A stretch of DNA of 64,000 bases. It comes from Desulfuromonadales bacterium. GTDB taxonomy: Bacteria > Desulfobacterota > Desulfuromonadia > Desulfuromonadales > BM103. The notes below the pieces were generated by a model. That model did no database searches and was not told the origin of the DNA. It worked only from the letters and a program-made list of their open reading frames with translations. The first letter of the stretch is position 1; every line of letters starts with the position of its first letter. The DNA lies in assembly GCA_027065695.1 (NCBI GenBank), contig JAMONP010000032.1, forward strand, positions 20,084 to 84,083, written 5' to 3'. The translations under genes were made by a program, and so were the position numbers. Below are positions 45,850 to 54,413 of the stretch, piece after piece.

Positions 45850-46302
45850 TCAACGAACTATATAGACAGAACAGTGGGCGTGCAGAGATATTTTTGTCGA
45901 AACACTCCCTAAAAGAGTACGCTTCACACGACCTTTTCCTGAAGAACCCACCACGATCACATCACAATTCTTTTCCTCTGCCATCAGTATCAACTCTTCA
46001 GCTGGGTCCCCATACACAACCAGTGATTCCACCCGGACACCAGCTTCTGTCGCGGCTTTTTCTACCACATAAAATATGCGGTCGCGCTTTGCTTGCCAAC
46101 CGGGCATTTCAGTCGCAGGTTTTTCGGGGAAGAAATCGGTAAACGAAGGTGTTTTCATGCTCGGCAGAACCATAACAGCAAAAAGTTGGCTTTTGAACTT
46201 ATGCCCAGACAGCGCGGCCATACGAACAGCCTCCTCAGCAGCCTTGTCGGATTGCGGTGAACCATCTATGGCGACAATAATTTTTTTGCTGAGTGTCAGC
46301 AT
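45850..46302 (-). CDS. Universal stress protein (UspA family)
   Basis: 150 aa. Shows KIIVAIDGS, and VIVVGSSGKG followed by LGSV. Confidence 0.9.
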   Translation of the reverse strand: MLTLSKKIIVAIDGSPQSDKAAEEAVRMAALSGHKFKSQLFAVMVLPSMKTPSFTDFFPEKPATEMPGWQAKRDRIFYVVEKAATEAGVRVESLVVYGDPAEELILMAEEKNCDVIVVGSSGKGRVKRTLLGSVSTKISLHAHCSVYIVR

Positions 46303-46532
46303 ACCGAACGACCATCCTGACAGTTTGTCTGACTATCTGAGCTGAAACGGGAATCCTTTAACTTGAATCTACCTGCCAGTTATCTATGTGTCAACCGCAC
46401 ATATTTAAGAAAAGACACTAATCTATTTGACTTCCATAAAACACTATTTTAAAATCAATAAGAAAGCTACAGGGGAAGGGGGGGAGAAATCTTAACGGCT
46501 CAACCACTTATCGCACAAAAAACCATTCCTTC

Positions 46533-46561
46533 TTGACGGCTTTCCGCGATTTCGCTATAAA
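46533..46561 (+). promoter_or_regulatory. sigma70-like promoter candidate for the IclR-family gene
   Basis: TTGACG (46533-46538), a 17-nt spacer, then TATAAA (46556-46561). Confidence 0.4.
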
Positions 46562-46616
46562 ATATGCCTTGCAAAAAAAGCATCTCAACTTATTACCCAT
46601 TAAGGATTTTCAGACC

Positions 46617-47399
46617 ATGGCCAAAAAAGAAAAGTCCGAATATATCATTCAGGCTGTCTCGCATGCTCTCGATTTGCTTGAGCAGTTCCATGATGATATC
46701 GATGAACTCGGCGTAACCGAACTCAGCAAACGCTTGAAGCTACACAAGAATAATGTTTTCCGCCTCCTGGCGACTCTAGAGTCACGTGGCTATATCGAGC
46801 AGAACAAAGCCACCGAAAACTATCGACTCGGGCTTAAGTCGCTGGAACTTGGCCAGACCTTTATCAAACAGATGGGTCTGTTGCGGCAGGCAAAGCCAAC
46901 ACTCGAAAAGATGGTTGCCGACTGCAACGAAACCTGCTACGTCGCTATTTTCAAAGAAGGCCATGCTGTCTACCTCGACATGGTGGAAACAGATATGACC
47001 GTACGCGTCGTCTCCCGAGTAGGCTCACGCCTGCCATCATACTGTACAGCCGCCGGGAAAGTTCATCTGGCCTTCATGTCTGAGGATGACATCAACGAGG
47101 TTCTACCGAAGGAAGAGTTGCAAGCGTACACTGACATGACCATTACATCCCGTAAGGCACTCAAGATGGAGCTAGAAAAGATTGCCGAGCAGGGTTATGC
47201 CATTGACAATGAGGAGCTAGACGTGGGTGTCAATTGTGTTGCGGCACCAATTCGTGATTACACTCGCAGGATTGTCGGCTCTATCAGCATCTCCGGTCCT
47301 ACCATGCGCCTTGGTAAAGAGCGCATTGCCAAAGAACTGGTGCCATTGGTCATGCAAGCCTCCGAAGAGCTTTCAACCAGGCTTGGTTATCACAATTAA
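46617..47399 (+). CDS. IclR-family transcriptional regulator
   Basis: ORF trimmed to the ATG at 46617. Winged HTH (ELGVTELSKRLKLHKNNVFRLLATLESRGYIEQ) and an IclR effector domain (GKVHLAF, GYAIDNEE, CVAAPI). Confidence 0.9.
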   Translation: MAKKEKSEYIIQAVSHALDLLEQFHDDIDELGVTELSKRLKLHKNNVFRLLATLESRGYIEQNKATENYRLGLKSLELGQTFIKQMGLLRQAKPTLEKMVADCNETCYVAIFKEGHAVYLDMVETDMTVRVVSRVGSRLPSYCTAAGKVHLAFMSEDDINEVLPKEELQAYTDMTITSRKALKMELEKIAEQGYAIDNEELDVGVNCVAAPIRDYTRRIVGSISISGPTMRLGKERIAKELVPLVMQASEELSTRLGYHN

Positions 47400-47407
47400 T
47401 CTCCAAA

Positions 47408-47469
47408 GGAGGCTGTCGGACTATCCATGACCCGACTGCAAATTCGGCCCGTGTAGTCCGACAGCCTCC
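47408..47469. repeat. Short form (62 bp) of the palindromic MITE-like family
   Basis: GGAGGCTGTCGGACTATCCATGACCCGACTGCAAATTCGGCCCGTGTAGTCCGACAGCCTCC. Confidence 0.75.
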
Positions 47470-47482
47470 AATATTCTAATTC

Positions 47483-47515
47483 AAAGCCCCTGCACTTACC
47501 GCAGGGGCTTTTTTG
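47483..47515 (+). terminator. Rho-independent terminator after the IclR-family gene
   Basis: Stem AGCCCCTGC / GCAGGGGCT followed by TTTTTT. Confidence 0.8.
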
Positions 47516-47613
47516 TGACTTTAGATTCACCTATAGGATTGACACTAAGCACTCTAATGCTATGCTTACAAAATGATATTTTCCTGTGAATCAAAGGACT
47601 TAAGAGGTTACTG

Positions 47614-48462
47614 ATGACGTCGACAAACCGTCATTTCGACTGCTCGGAAACAGATTCCGACTGCCGGACTATCCGTCACGACTCACGCAAAAGGGGAGTT
47701 ACCGATCCAGAGGATTTACCTTTTATGCTCTGTCCGCCCGGAGCGAAAACTGCCGTACTGCTGGTACACGGATTCACGGCAACGCCTTGGGAGATGCGCC
47801 CCCTCGCAGAATTCCTTGCCGATGCAGGCGTTGCCAGCATAGCTGTCCGTCTGCCCGGGCACGGAACCTCGCCTGAAGATCTTGCCGATCGTTGCTGGGA
47901 AGAATGGTTTAGCGCTGTACTTTGTGGCTATCAGATTCTCAGTAAGAGATTTCAATCAATTTACGGGATGGGGATGAGTACCGGCTGTCTGTTATTACTG
48001 GCCCTGGCCAAAGACAACCCACTCGGCGGGTTAGTGCTTTTTTCCCCCTACCTGCGTGTTCTGCACAAGCTTGCACCCTACGCCAGATGGCTGAAGTGGA
48101 TTCGGCCTTATCATGTGAAATCTGTGAATGAAGGATTGAATGAACGTTATTACAATCGCAGATCCGTTGCTGGCATCCACCAGATTAATCGGCTGATACA
48201 AACGGTTCGTAACCAACTGGCCCACATTGTCTGTCCGGTTATGGCTTTTAATGGCGAGGGGGATCAAACGGTGGATATCGACAGTGGTCGTCAACTGGTT
48301 GAGTTATTAGGTAGCTCGGTCAAGATTCATGTGCAACAGGGCCCAGATGTTCCACATGTCCTGACTCGCGAAGAGAATCCCTGTCGCTGGTCAATGTTTG
48401 TCCAGGCGACCAGATTTGTTCAGGAACTCGAGAATCCGGGAACAGCAACGCAGGTCAGGTAA
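47614..48462 (+). CDS. Alpha/beta-hydrolase (carboxylesterase / lysophospholipase-like)
   Basis: LLVHGFTATP, nucleophile elbow GMSTG, and a C-terminal His region (DVPHVL). Its 3' end overlaps the convergent coaE by 43 nt. Confidence 0.8.
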   Translation: MTSTNRHFDCSETDSDCRTIRHDSRKRGVTDPEDLPFMLCPPGAKTAVLLVHGFTATPWEMRPLAEFLADAGVASIAVRLPGHGTSPEDLADRCWEEWFSAVLCGYQILSKRFQSIYGMGMSTGCLLLLALAKDNPLGGLVLFSPYLRVLHKLAPYARWLKWIRPYHVKSVNEGLNERYYNRRSVAGIHQINRLIQTVRNQLAHIVCPVMAFNGEGDQTVDIDSGRQLVELLGSSVKIHVQQGPDVPHVLTREENPCRWSMFVQATRFVQELENPGTATQVR

Positions 48463-49037
48463 TCATGAAGGGCAGAAACCATGCAATGAGTCTGCTGCAA
48501 AGATCCGGAGTTATCGATCACGAAATCAGCTTTCTGGACTTTGTCTGCCTGAGGCCACTGGGCTGCAATACGTTGCCTCGCCTCCGTTTCGTTAAGATTA
48601 TCCCGTTTCAAAAGCCTTGCCAACTGTATCGCTGGCTCGACTATGACCACCAGAATCTGATCAACCCGACTCTCTACTCCAGCCTCAAAAAGCAAAGGCA
48701 CTTCATAAACGATCAAATCATGTGGTGAGCTTTTCAGTTCAGCCAGTCGGCTTTCGGCCAGATGCGCAATTGCCGGATGAGTGATCGATTCAAGTCGTCG
48801 CCTGGCGACAGGATCAGTAAAGACTTTTCTTGCCAGTGCCTCTCGATTCAAACTCCCCTCCGGCGTCAAGATATCCATGCCAAAGGACTTAACCAGTTCA
48901 GCCAGTGTCGGGCTGCCAGGATTGACAACCTCTCGGGCAAGGAGATCAGCACTGACCAGAATAGCTCCGCAGGCGACGAAACAGTCAGCAACAGAACTTT
49001 TACCAGAGGCGATACTTCCAGTAAGACCAAGAATCAT
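48420..49037 (-). CDS. coaE: Dephospho-CoA kinase
   Basis: MILGLTGSIASGKSSV P-loop; 205 aa. Confidence 0.92.
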   Translation of the reverse strand: MILGLTGSIASGKSSVADCFVACGAILVSADLLAREVVNPGSPTLAELVKSFGMDILTPEGSLNREALARKVFTDPVARRRLESITHPAIAHLAESRLAELKSSPHDLIVYEVPLLFEAGVESRVDQILVVIVEPAIQLARLLKRDNLNETEARQRIAAQWPQADKVQKADFVIDNSGSLQQTHCMVSALHDYLTCVAVPGFSSS

Positions 49038-49176
49038 GACAAAAAGCTCTCCTGTAGCCCCAATGGGTCGGGGCAGGTCTGATCAGATGTCGCTCTGCGA
49101 ACCAGCAACAGCATCAATGTGCCAGTTTAGCATAGTGAAAGCCTGGCCGCGTGCCAGAATATCAATGAATCAGAAG

Positions 49177-49330
49177 TTTGTCCGACAATAAGGGTCGAAG
49201 CGAAAACCCAGAAGTTTGAGAACAGATTTTAGCTCGTTTGAGAGTAATAGCCATAGCTATTGGTCGAAAAGGAGCTAAAATATGGGTCAAACAGCTGGGT
49301 TTTCAGCCGATCATGGATTGTCGGACAAGC
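49177..49330. repeat. Long form (154 bp) of the nested palindromic MITE-like family, inverted relative to 44841..45002
   Basis: The reverse complement aligns along its length with 44841..45002, for example CTGTTTGACCCATATTTTAGCTCCTTTTCGACCAATAGCTATGGCTATTACTCTCAAACGAGCTAAAATCTG. Confidence 0.8.
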
Positions 49331-49423
49331 TCCTAGTCAAAGCGCATAAAATCATTTAGAATGTTGTGAGGTTTTGTATCTGTCATCAGATTGACATGAC
49401 AGGCAAGCATCGGGACTCAGGAC

Positions 49424-50989
49424 ATGCAGAATTCCAGTGAACTTCATAATCTGATTGCTACCGCTCTCACCGGAGTGGTCAAACAGATTAAGGCCATCAG
49501 ATATTATCCACCCAAGCACCCGGCCCTGCAGGCTACGGCAAAGGAATGTCTGCGCGGCTTCGAGCCAATCCTTGCCAGCGGCAATCAGCTCTCCCTTACG
49601 GTACGCAAAGAAGGCTTTCTCTTTGATGACAGCCAGGTCACCAAAAACAATCAAGTTCTAGTACAGCTTGCCAACTTCTGTTTTGCCCGAAGGATTCAGC
49701 ACCTGACATTCCTTGCCGACCTCAACAGCAGTGATTTACACCATTTTGTTCATTACCTGCTGCTCGACCCACAAATTATCCAAAAGCAGGGTGGCATCCA
49801 GGTGATTCTGGAAAAAGCCCGTCTGACCACAATCTGGACTAATGTCCACGACCTGGATGAAATTCTGCAGCGCAGGAAAGAGATTGAAGGCCTGCCCAAG
49901 GACCCGGGTTTTGATCCGGCCGCAGTTCTCACCGAAAATGATGGTGCTGAAGAATCTCAAGTTGCTGCAATGGACCTGGAAACGCTCCTCACAAAAATGG
50001 AACATGAGAAGGATGATGCTCGTTTCCAGCACTCCACTCAGGAACTGATTCCCCTGCTGCGTTTGCAGCTCATAGAGAAACAACGCACATTAGTGTTACG
50101 GGCCTTTTTGCTTCTGTGTCGCTGCGCCACCGTCAAGCAGTATTCTGGAGAACGCAAACAAAGTGCTCTACAGGCTCTTGACCAGTTGTCAACTGACGAC
50201 ACGGCCAATTACTTGATTTCCTTCATGTTTGCAGAAGAAACCGAGCAGAAAACCCGTAAAACGCTGGCCAGGGTTCTTGCTTTCATAGGCAGCAAGATTG
50301 CTAACCAACTGATGGAGATACTAGCTAACGAGAGTGCGTCAGCAAAACGCAAGCTATTGAATGAAATCCTGGTACGAAGTGGCAAAACTATTCTACCGGT
50401 CGTCTATGAATATCTCGATGATGGTCGTTGGTATGTGGTGCGCAACGCAATTTCTATCCTAGGAGACATACGCAGCCAGGAATCCCTGGCGCAATTGACC
50501 CCCCTGTTGCAGCATGATGAAATCCGTGTACGTCGGGAAACGATTCGCGCCCTGACAAAAATCGGTGGCAAACGGGCTATTAAAATTTTGATTCAAACCG
50601 CAATTGCCGACGATCAGGAACTACGCCGCCAGGCTATCCTCTCTCTGGGTGCCATCCGCGCAAACAGCGCCGTGCCGGCCTTACTGACCATGCTGAAGAA
50701 ATCGGACCGCAGCCAGCGTGGCATTGACCTCAAAAAAGACGTCATTCGCTCCCTCGGAGAGATTTGTGACCCTGAGGCCATCCCTGAGCTAGCAAAGATT
50801 GTCTTGAAAAAAAGCTGGCTACGCCGCAAGCTTAATGATGAACTTCGCATAGTAGCAGCGACATCATTGGGCGATATCGCCAATGAAAGCACGCGTAGCC
50901 TCCTGGAAAAAACCACCCATGACCGTACGGCAGCTGTTGCCAGAGCGGCAGCACAGGCCCTCAAGCAACTGGACAAGGCGAAAGAATGA
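49424..50989 (+). CDS. HEAT-repeat protein with an N-terminal domain shared with the downstream HD-GYP protein
   Basis: 521 aa. The C-terminal half has repeated HEAT/PBS-lyase-like units (VRRETIRALTKIGGKRAI, LRRQAILSLGAIRANSAVPAL, VIRSLGEICDPEAIPEL). Confidence 0.8.
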   Translation: MQNSSELHNLIATALTGVVKQIKAIRYYPPKHPALQATAKECLRGFEPILASGNQLSLTVRKEGFLFDDSQVTKNNQVLVQLANFCFARRIQHLTFLADLNSSDLHHFVHYLLLDPQIIQKQGGIQVILEKARLTTIWTNVHDLDEILQRRKEIEGLPKDPGFDPAAVLTENDGAEESQVAAMDLETLLTKMEHEKDDARFQHSTQELIPLLRLQLIEKQRTLVLRAFLLLCRCATVKQYSGERKQSALQALDQLSTDDTANYLISFMFAEETEQKTRKTLARVLAFIGSKIANQLMEILANESASAKRKLLNEILVRSGKTILPVVYEYLDDGRWYVVRNAISILGDIRSQESLAQLTPLLQHDEIRVRRETIRALTKIGGKRAIKILIQTAIADDQELRRQAILSLGAIRANSAVPALLTMLKKSDRSQRGIDLKKDVIRSLGEICDPEAIPELAKIVLKKSWLRRKLNDELRIVAATSLGDIANESTRSLLEKTTHDRTAAVARAAAQALKQLDKAKE

Positions 50990-52317
50990 ATGTTGACGAA
51001 ATAAAACAGGTTGTACAGGTCCTGGCAGCAGCCATCAAAGGTCTACGTCTCTATGCTGTTGACCATCCAGCCACAGCCAAGCAGGTTGAAACTCTACAGA
51101 ATGGTTTGTTCGGCCTGTTACAACATAAGAAACTGATCAAGATGGGAGTTCTGGAGGGGACCCTTTTTGTCGAGGACCATCTTTTCATGCAGGAGTTTCC
51201 AGCTGCAGCTGAAATAGCCAAACTCTTGGAATCCCGCGAATTGGTTGGCTTTGAATTCATGACCGGACTCTCAGCTAACGAGATTCAAGCCCTGCTGCAC
51301 CTCTTGCATTCCGGCGGTGGCAAGGGACAGGATTTTGCCGACAGCATGGCATCACAGGGAATCAAGAAAATTCGCGCAATTGCTGCTGAAAATGAAGACG
51401 ATAACCAACAGCCACGCAAGGTATATCGCAAGGCACTCAAGGTCGTTGACCAGCTCTTCCAGGATGTCCGTATGGGAGAAATCCCTTCATCGACAGAAGC
51501 AATCAACGTTGTCAAGAGTATGGCCCATATGACCATGACGGAGCCCCATGCCATGATGGCCCTGTCAATGCTCAAAGATTACGACAACTACACATTCACT
51601 CACTCGGTTAATGTTTCGGTAATTGCTCTCGCCGTCGGTCGAGCCTGTAACCTTACAGAGCAACAGCTGAAAACTCTTGGGCTGGGCGGTTTGCTACACG
51701 ATCTGGGGAAGTTGCGTGTTGACGTCGATATCATCACCAAACCGGGACGCCTGACTGACGCTGAATTTGATGCTATCAAGGAGCACCCAGGTTTTGGCGC
51801 TGATATTATTCGCGAGATGGAAGACGTCACCCCCGAAGTCATGCAGATTGTCATCGGCCACCACCTTCGTTATGACCGTTCCGGTTACCCGGCAAACGCG
51901 ATTGGCGACAACATCTCACCGCTGGTGGATATGACAGCGATCGCCGACTCCTATGACGCCATGACGACATTGCGCTCTTACCAGCGGCCCTTTACTCCAC
52001 GTAAGGCGATTGCAAGAATCAAGGAAATCTCCGGTTCCTCCCTGCATCCTGAATTTGTCATGCACTTCGTCGATTCCCTGGGGGCTTACCCGGTAGGCAG
52101 CCTGGTGCGTCTCGACAATAATGAAATCGGCCTGGTTACTAAAGTTGACACCCGCGACACCAGCCTGGTTGACATTAAGGTGATCTTCGATCCTGCCGGT
52201 GCCATCCTTAAAGAACCCTTTATGATGCAACTGCGACCTAATCAAGCACGCCGCATAGTTGCCGAAGTCGACCCACATACCAAGGGCATCGATGTCACAG
52301 ACTTTTTTGATTTTTAA
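50986..52317 (+). CDS. HD-GYP domain protein (putative c-di-GMP phosphodiesterase)
   Basis: Start overlaps the upstream stop (ATGA). HD region HSVNVSVIALAVG...GLLHDLGK, followed by GHHLRYDRSGYP. Confidence 0.9.
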   Translation: MNVDEIKQVVQVLAAAIKGLRLYAVDHPATAKQVETLQNGLFGLLQHKKLIKMGVLEGTLFVEDHLFMQEFPAAAEIAKLLESRELVGFEFMTGLSANEIQALLHLLHSGGGKGQDFADSMASQGIKKIRAIAAENEDDNQQPRKVYRKALKVVDQLFQDVRMGEIPSSTEAINVVKSMAHMTMTEPHAMMALSMLKDYDNYTFTHSVNVSVIALAVGRACNLTEQQLKTLGLGGLLHDLGKLRVDVDIITKPGRLTDAEFDAIKEHPGFGADIIREMEDVTPEVMQIVIGHHLRYDRSGYPANAIGDNISPLVDMTAIADSYDAMTTLRSYQRPFTPRKAIARIKEISGSSLHPEFVMHFVDSLGAYPVGSLVRLDNNEIGLVTKVDTRDTSLVDIKVIFDPAGAILKEPFMMQLRPNQARRIVAEVDPHTKGIDVTDFFDF

Positions 52318-52330
52318 GCACCATAAGCGA

Positions 52331-52366
52331 AGGCCGGAAGATCTCTCTTCCGGCCTTTATTTATCT
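52331..52366 (+). terminator. Rho-independent terminator after the HD-GYP gene
   Basis: Stem AGGCCGGAAG / CTTCCGGCCT followed by TTATTTATCTGTTTTT. Confidence 0.75.
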
Positions 52367-52422
52367 GTTTTTCTACCAGCCCTAGTCTCTAACCCCAGAC
52401 CCCCAGCAGCCAGCCCCCGCCA

Positions 52423-52998
52423 TTAACCTTTCAACGGCAACTCGCTCAACGCCTGCACAGCAGCAACACGAGCTGTAGCACGGTTATCTTTAGTCAGTTT
52501 TATCAGCGGTTCGACGCTGTCGGGAGAACCGATGGAACCAAGTGATCTGGCAGCACTGACCACAAGTTGTTCGTCATCGTCTTCAAGGAGAGCAACCAGG
52601 TAAGGAGCCAGACGCACATCAGCAAAATGGCCAAGGGCTTCGGCCGTATGCACACGCACTGCAGGAGAAGGATCCTTGAGATGCTTGACCAGATTATTAA
52701 GTGATTTTGGATGGGCTTTCACACCCAGAACCTGGATCGCCGCACCGCGGATATCTGCATCTGGGTCCTTGAGCAGGTTAACAAGATGCGGAAAGACTTC
52801 CGAAGACTTGACGCTTTCCATGGCGAAAATCGCCTTGACCCGCTGACCTCTCTTATCAGATTTGAGCTCACGGATAATTTGTGAAAGGTCCTGGAAAGAT
52901 TCCAGACGCTCGAGCGCCGTGGCCGCAACGGCACGGACCTCCTCTTCGGAATCGTTCAGTAACTCAATAAGTAGATTGCGTCTTTGCTCGAGTGACAT
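52423..52998 (-). CDS. HEAT-repeat protein
   Basis: 191 aa of HEAT-like repeats (VRAVAATALERL, IRGAAIQVLG, VRVHTAEALG, ARVAAVQALS). Lies downstream of ssb. Confidence 0.8.
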   Translation of the reverse strand: MSLEQRRNLLIELLNDSEEEVRAVAATALERLESFQDLSQIIRELKSDKRGQRVKAIFAMESVKSSEVFPHLVNLLKDPDADIRGAAIQVLGVKAHPKSLNNLVKHLKDPSPAVRVHTAEALGHFADVRLAPYLVALLEDDDEQLVVSAARSLGSIGSPDSVEPLIKLTKDNRATARVAAVQALSELPLKG

Positions 52999-53012
52999 TA
53001 AAATCCCCCGAA

Positions 53013-53453
53013 TTAAAACGGAATATCGTCATCCGGGTTGAATGGCGGTTGTTGCGAACTGGCAGAGGGTTCCTCAGACGGCATTGGTGGCCGACCACCG
53101 CCACCGCCACCACCGCCCTGATCACCAGAGCGACTGAGCATCTGCATCTCGTTAGCAACGATCTCGGAAATGTAACGCTTGTTACCATCACGATCATCGT
53201 AGGAACGGTTCTGAATGCGGCCCTCGATATAAATCTGCTTGCCCTTGGTCAGATACTTACCGCAAATCTCGGCGAGACCGGCCCAAACCACGATATTGTG
53301 CCACTCGGTACGTTCCTGCTGTTCACCCTGTTTGTTCTTGAAACGCTCGCTTGTCGCCAGCGTGAAGGTACAGACAGCTGTTCCTGATGGCGTGTAACGC
53401 AGCTCAGGATCTTTCCCCAGATTGCCGACCAGAATTGCTTTGTTGACGGACAT
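53013..53453 (-). CDS. ssb: Single-stranded DNA-binding protein
   Basis: [26 protein letters not shown] fold, a Gly-rich linker and the acidic tip DDDIPF. Confidence 0.97.
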   Translation of the reverse strand: MSVNKAILVGNLGKDPELRYTPSGTAVCTFTLATSERFKNKQGEQQERTEWHNIVVWAGLAEICGKYLTKGKQIYIEGRIQNRSYDDRDGNKRYISEIVANEMQMLSRSGDQGGGGGGGGRPPMPSEEPSASSQQPPFNPDDDIPF

Positions 53454-53528
53454 GATGACACCTCCATTGCATAAGATTGAGTAGGCAGTCTAGCCGAATA
53501 AGTGAGACCTGTAAAGCACTCACGAAAA

Positions 53529-53546
53529 TCCTAATCAAATACTAAC
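53529..53546 (+). promoter_or_regulatory. Pho-box-like pair of 7-mers with 11-bp phasing upstream of phoB
   Basis: TCCTAAT (53529) and TACTAAC (53540). They are similar to the pair upstream of pstS. Confidence 0.3.
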
Positions 53547-53592
53547 AATTACGATATATTGTACATAACCTGTATCCATTTTGAGAGGACCA

Positions 53593-54282
53593 ATGAGCAA
53601 AGAAAGAATCCTGGTCGTAGAGGACGAGGAAGATATCCTGGCGCTGGTGCATTACAACCTGGTGAAAGCCGGGTTTATTGTCGACACTGCGGTCAGCGGT
53701 GAAGAGGGTCTGCAGAAAGCTCTGCAAGCACGACCGGACCTGGTGGTTCTCGACCTGATGCTGCCCAACATCGACGGCCTGGAAGTTTGTCGACAATTAC
53801 GCGCCAGCTCTAACCTCTCTGAAGTCGCCATTGTCATGATGACCGCCAAAGGAGAAGAAGAGGATATAGTCAAAGGACTGGAATATGGTGCAGATGATTA
53901 TATCCCCAAGCCGTTTAGCCCTCAGGTCTTGATTGCCCGCATCAAAGCCGTGTTGCGCAGAAAAATGCCAGAAAAATGCGACCGAAACGAGACTCCGATT
54001 GTCGTTCATGACCTTACTATCGATCCGCGGCGTAACCGGGTGACTGCAGCCGGGAAAGATATTGATCTGACCGTCTCCGAATTCAAACTACTGAGCCAAT
54101 TGGCTGCTAAACCAGGCTGGGTTTTTACACGCACACAGATAGTTGATGCCATCCATGGCGAAGGATATGCTGTCACCGACCGCGCCATAGATGTACAGGT
54201 GGTCGGGTTGCGTAAGAAGCTTGGCACCTGTGGCATTTACATCGAAACAGTTCGCGGAGTTGGTTACCGGTTTAAGGAATAA
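53593..54282 (+). CDS. phoB: Phosphate regulon response regulator PhoB (OmpR family)
   Basis: ATG at 53593 after GAGAGGA. Receiver domain (ILVVEDEEDI, DLVVLDLMLP, MMTAKG) plus a winged-helix domain (LTVSEFKLLSQLA, RGVGYRF). It sits in the pst context. Confidence 0.92.
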   Translation: MSKERILVVEDEEDILALVHYNLVKAGFIVDTAVSGEEGLQKALQARPDLVVLDLMLPNIDGLEVCRQLRASSNLSEVAIVMMTAKGEEEDIVKGLEYGADDYIPKPFSPQVLIARIKAVLRRKMPEKCDRNETPIVVHDLTIDPRRNRVTAAGKDIDLTVSEFKLLSQLAAKPGWVFTRTQIVDAIHGEGYAVTDRAIDVQVVGLRKKLGTCGIYIETVRGVGYRFKE

Positions 54283-54413
54283 AGCCGGGACGCGGAGTGC
54301 AGGACGAGGGACGCAAAAACCAATCAAGACAGTGATAAGTTCCTGGCAGCTGTTGTTGTCTGAACTTGCATTTTTTCTTACATCTTACAACTTAAAGCTT
54401 AAAACTGGTTCTT

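Noticed and set aside
54283-54315. Short G-rich low-complexity patches right after the stop codons of phoB (GGGACGCGGAGTGCAGGACGAGGGACGC), pstS (57703-57725) and pstA (59507-59535), considered as possible G-quadruplex or regulatory elements.
   Set aside because: They are too short and too degenerate to distinguish from compositional noise. They do not have four clear G3 tracts.
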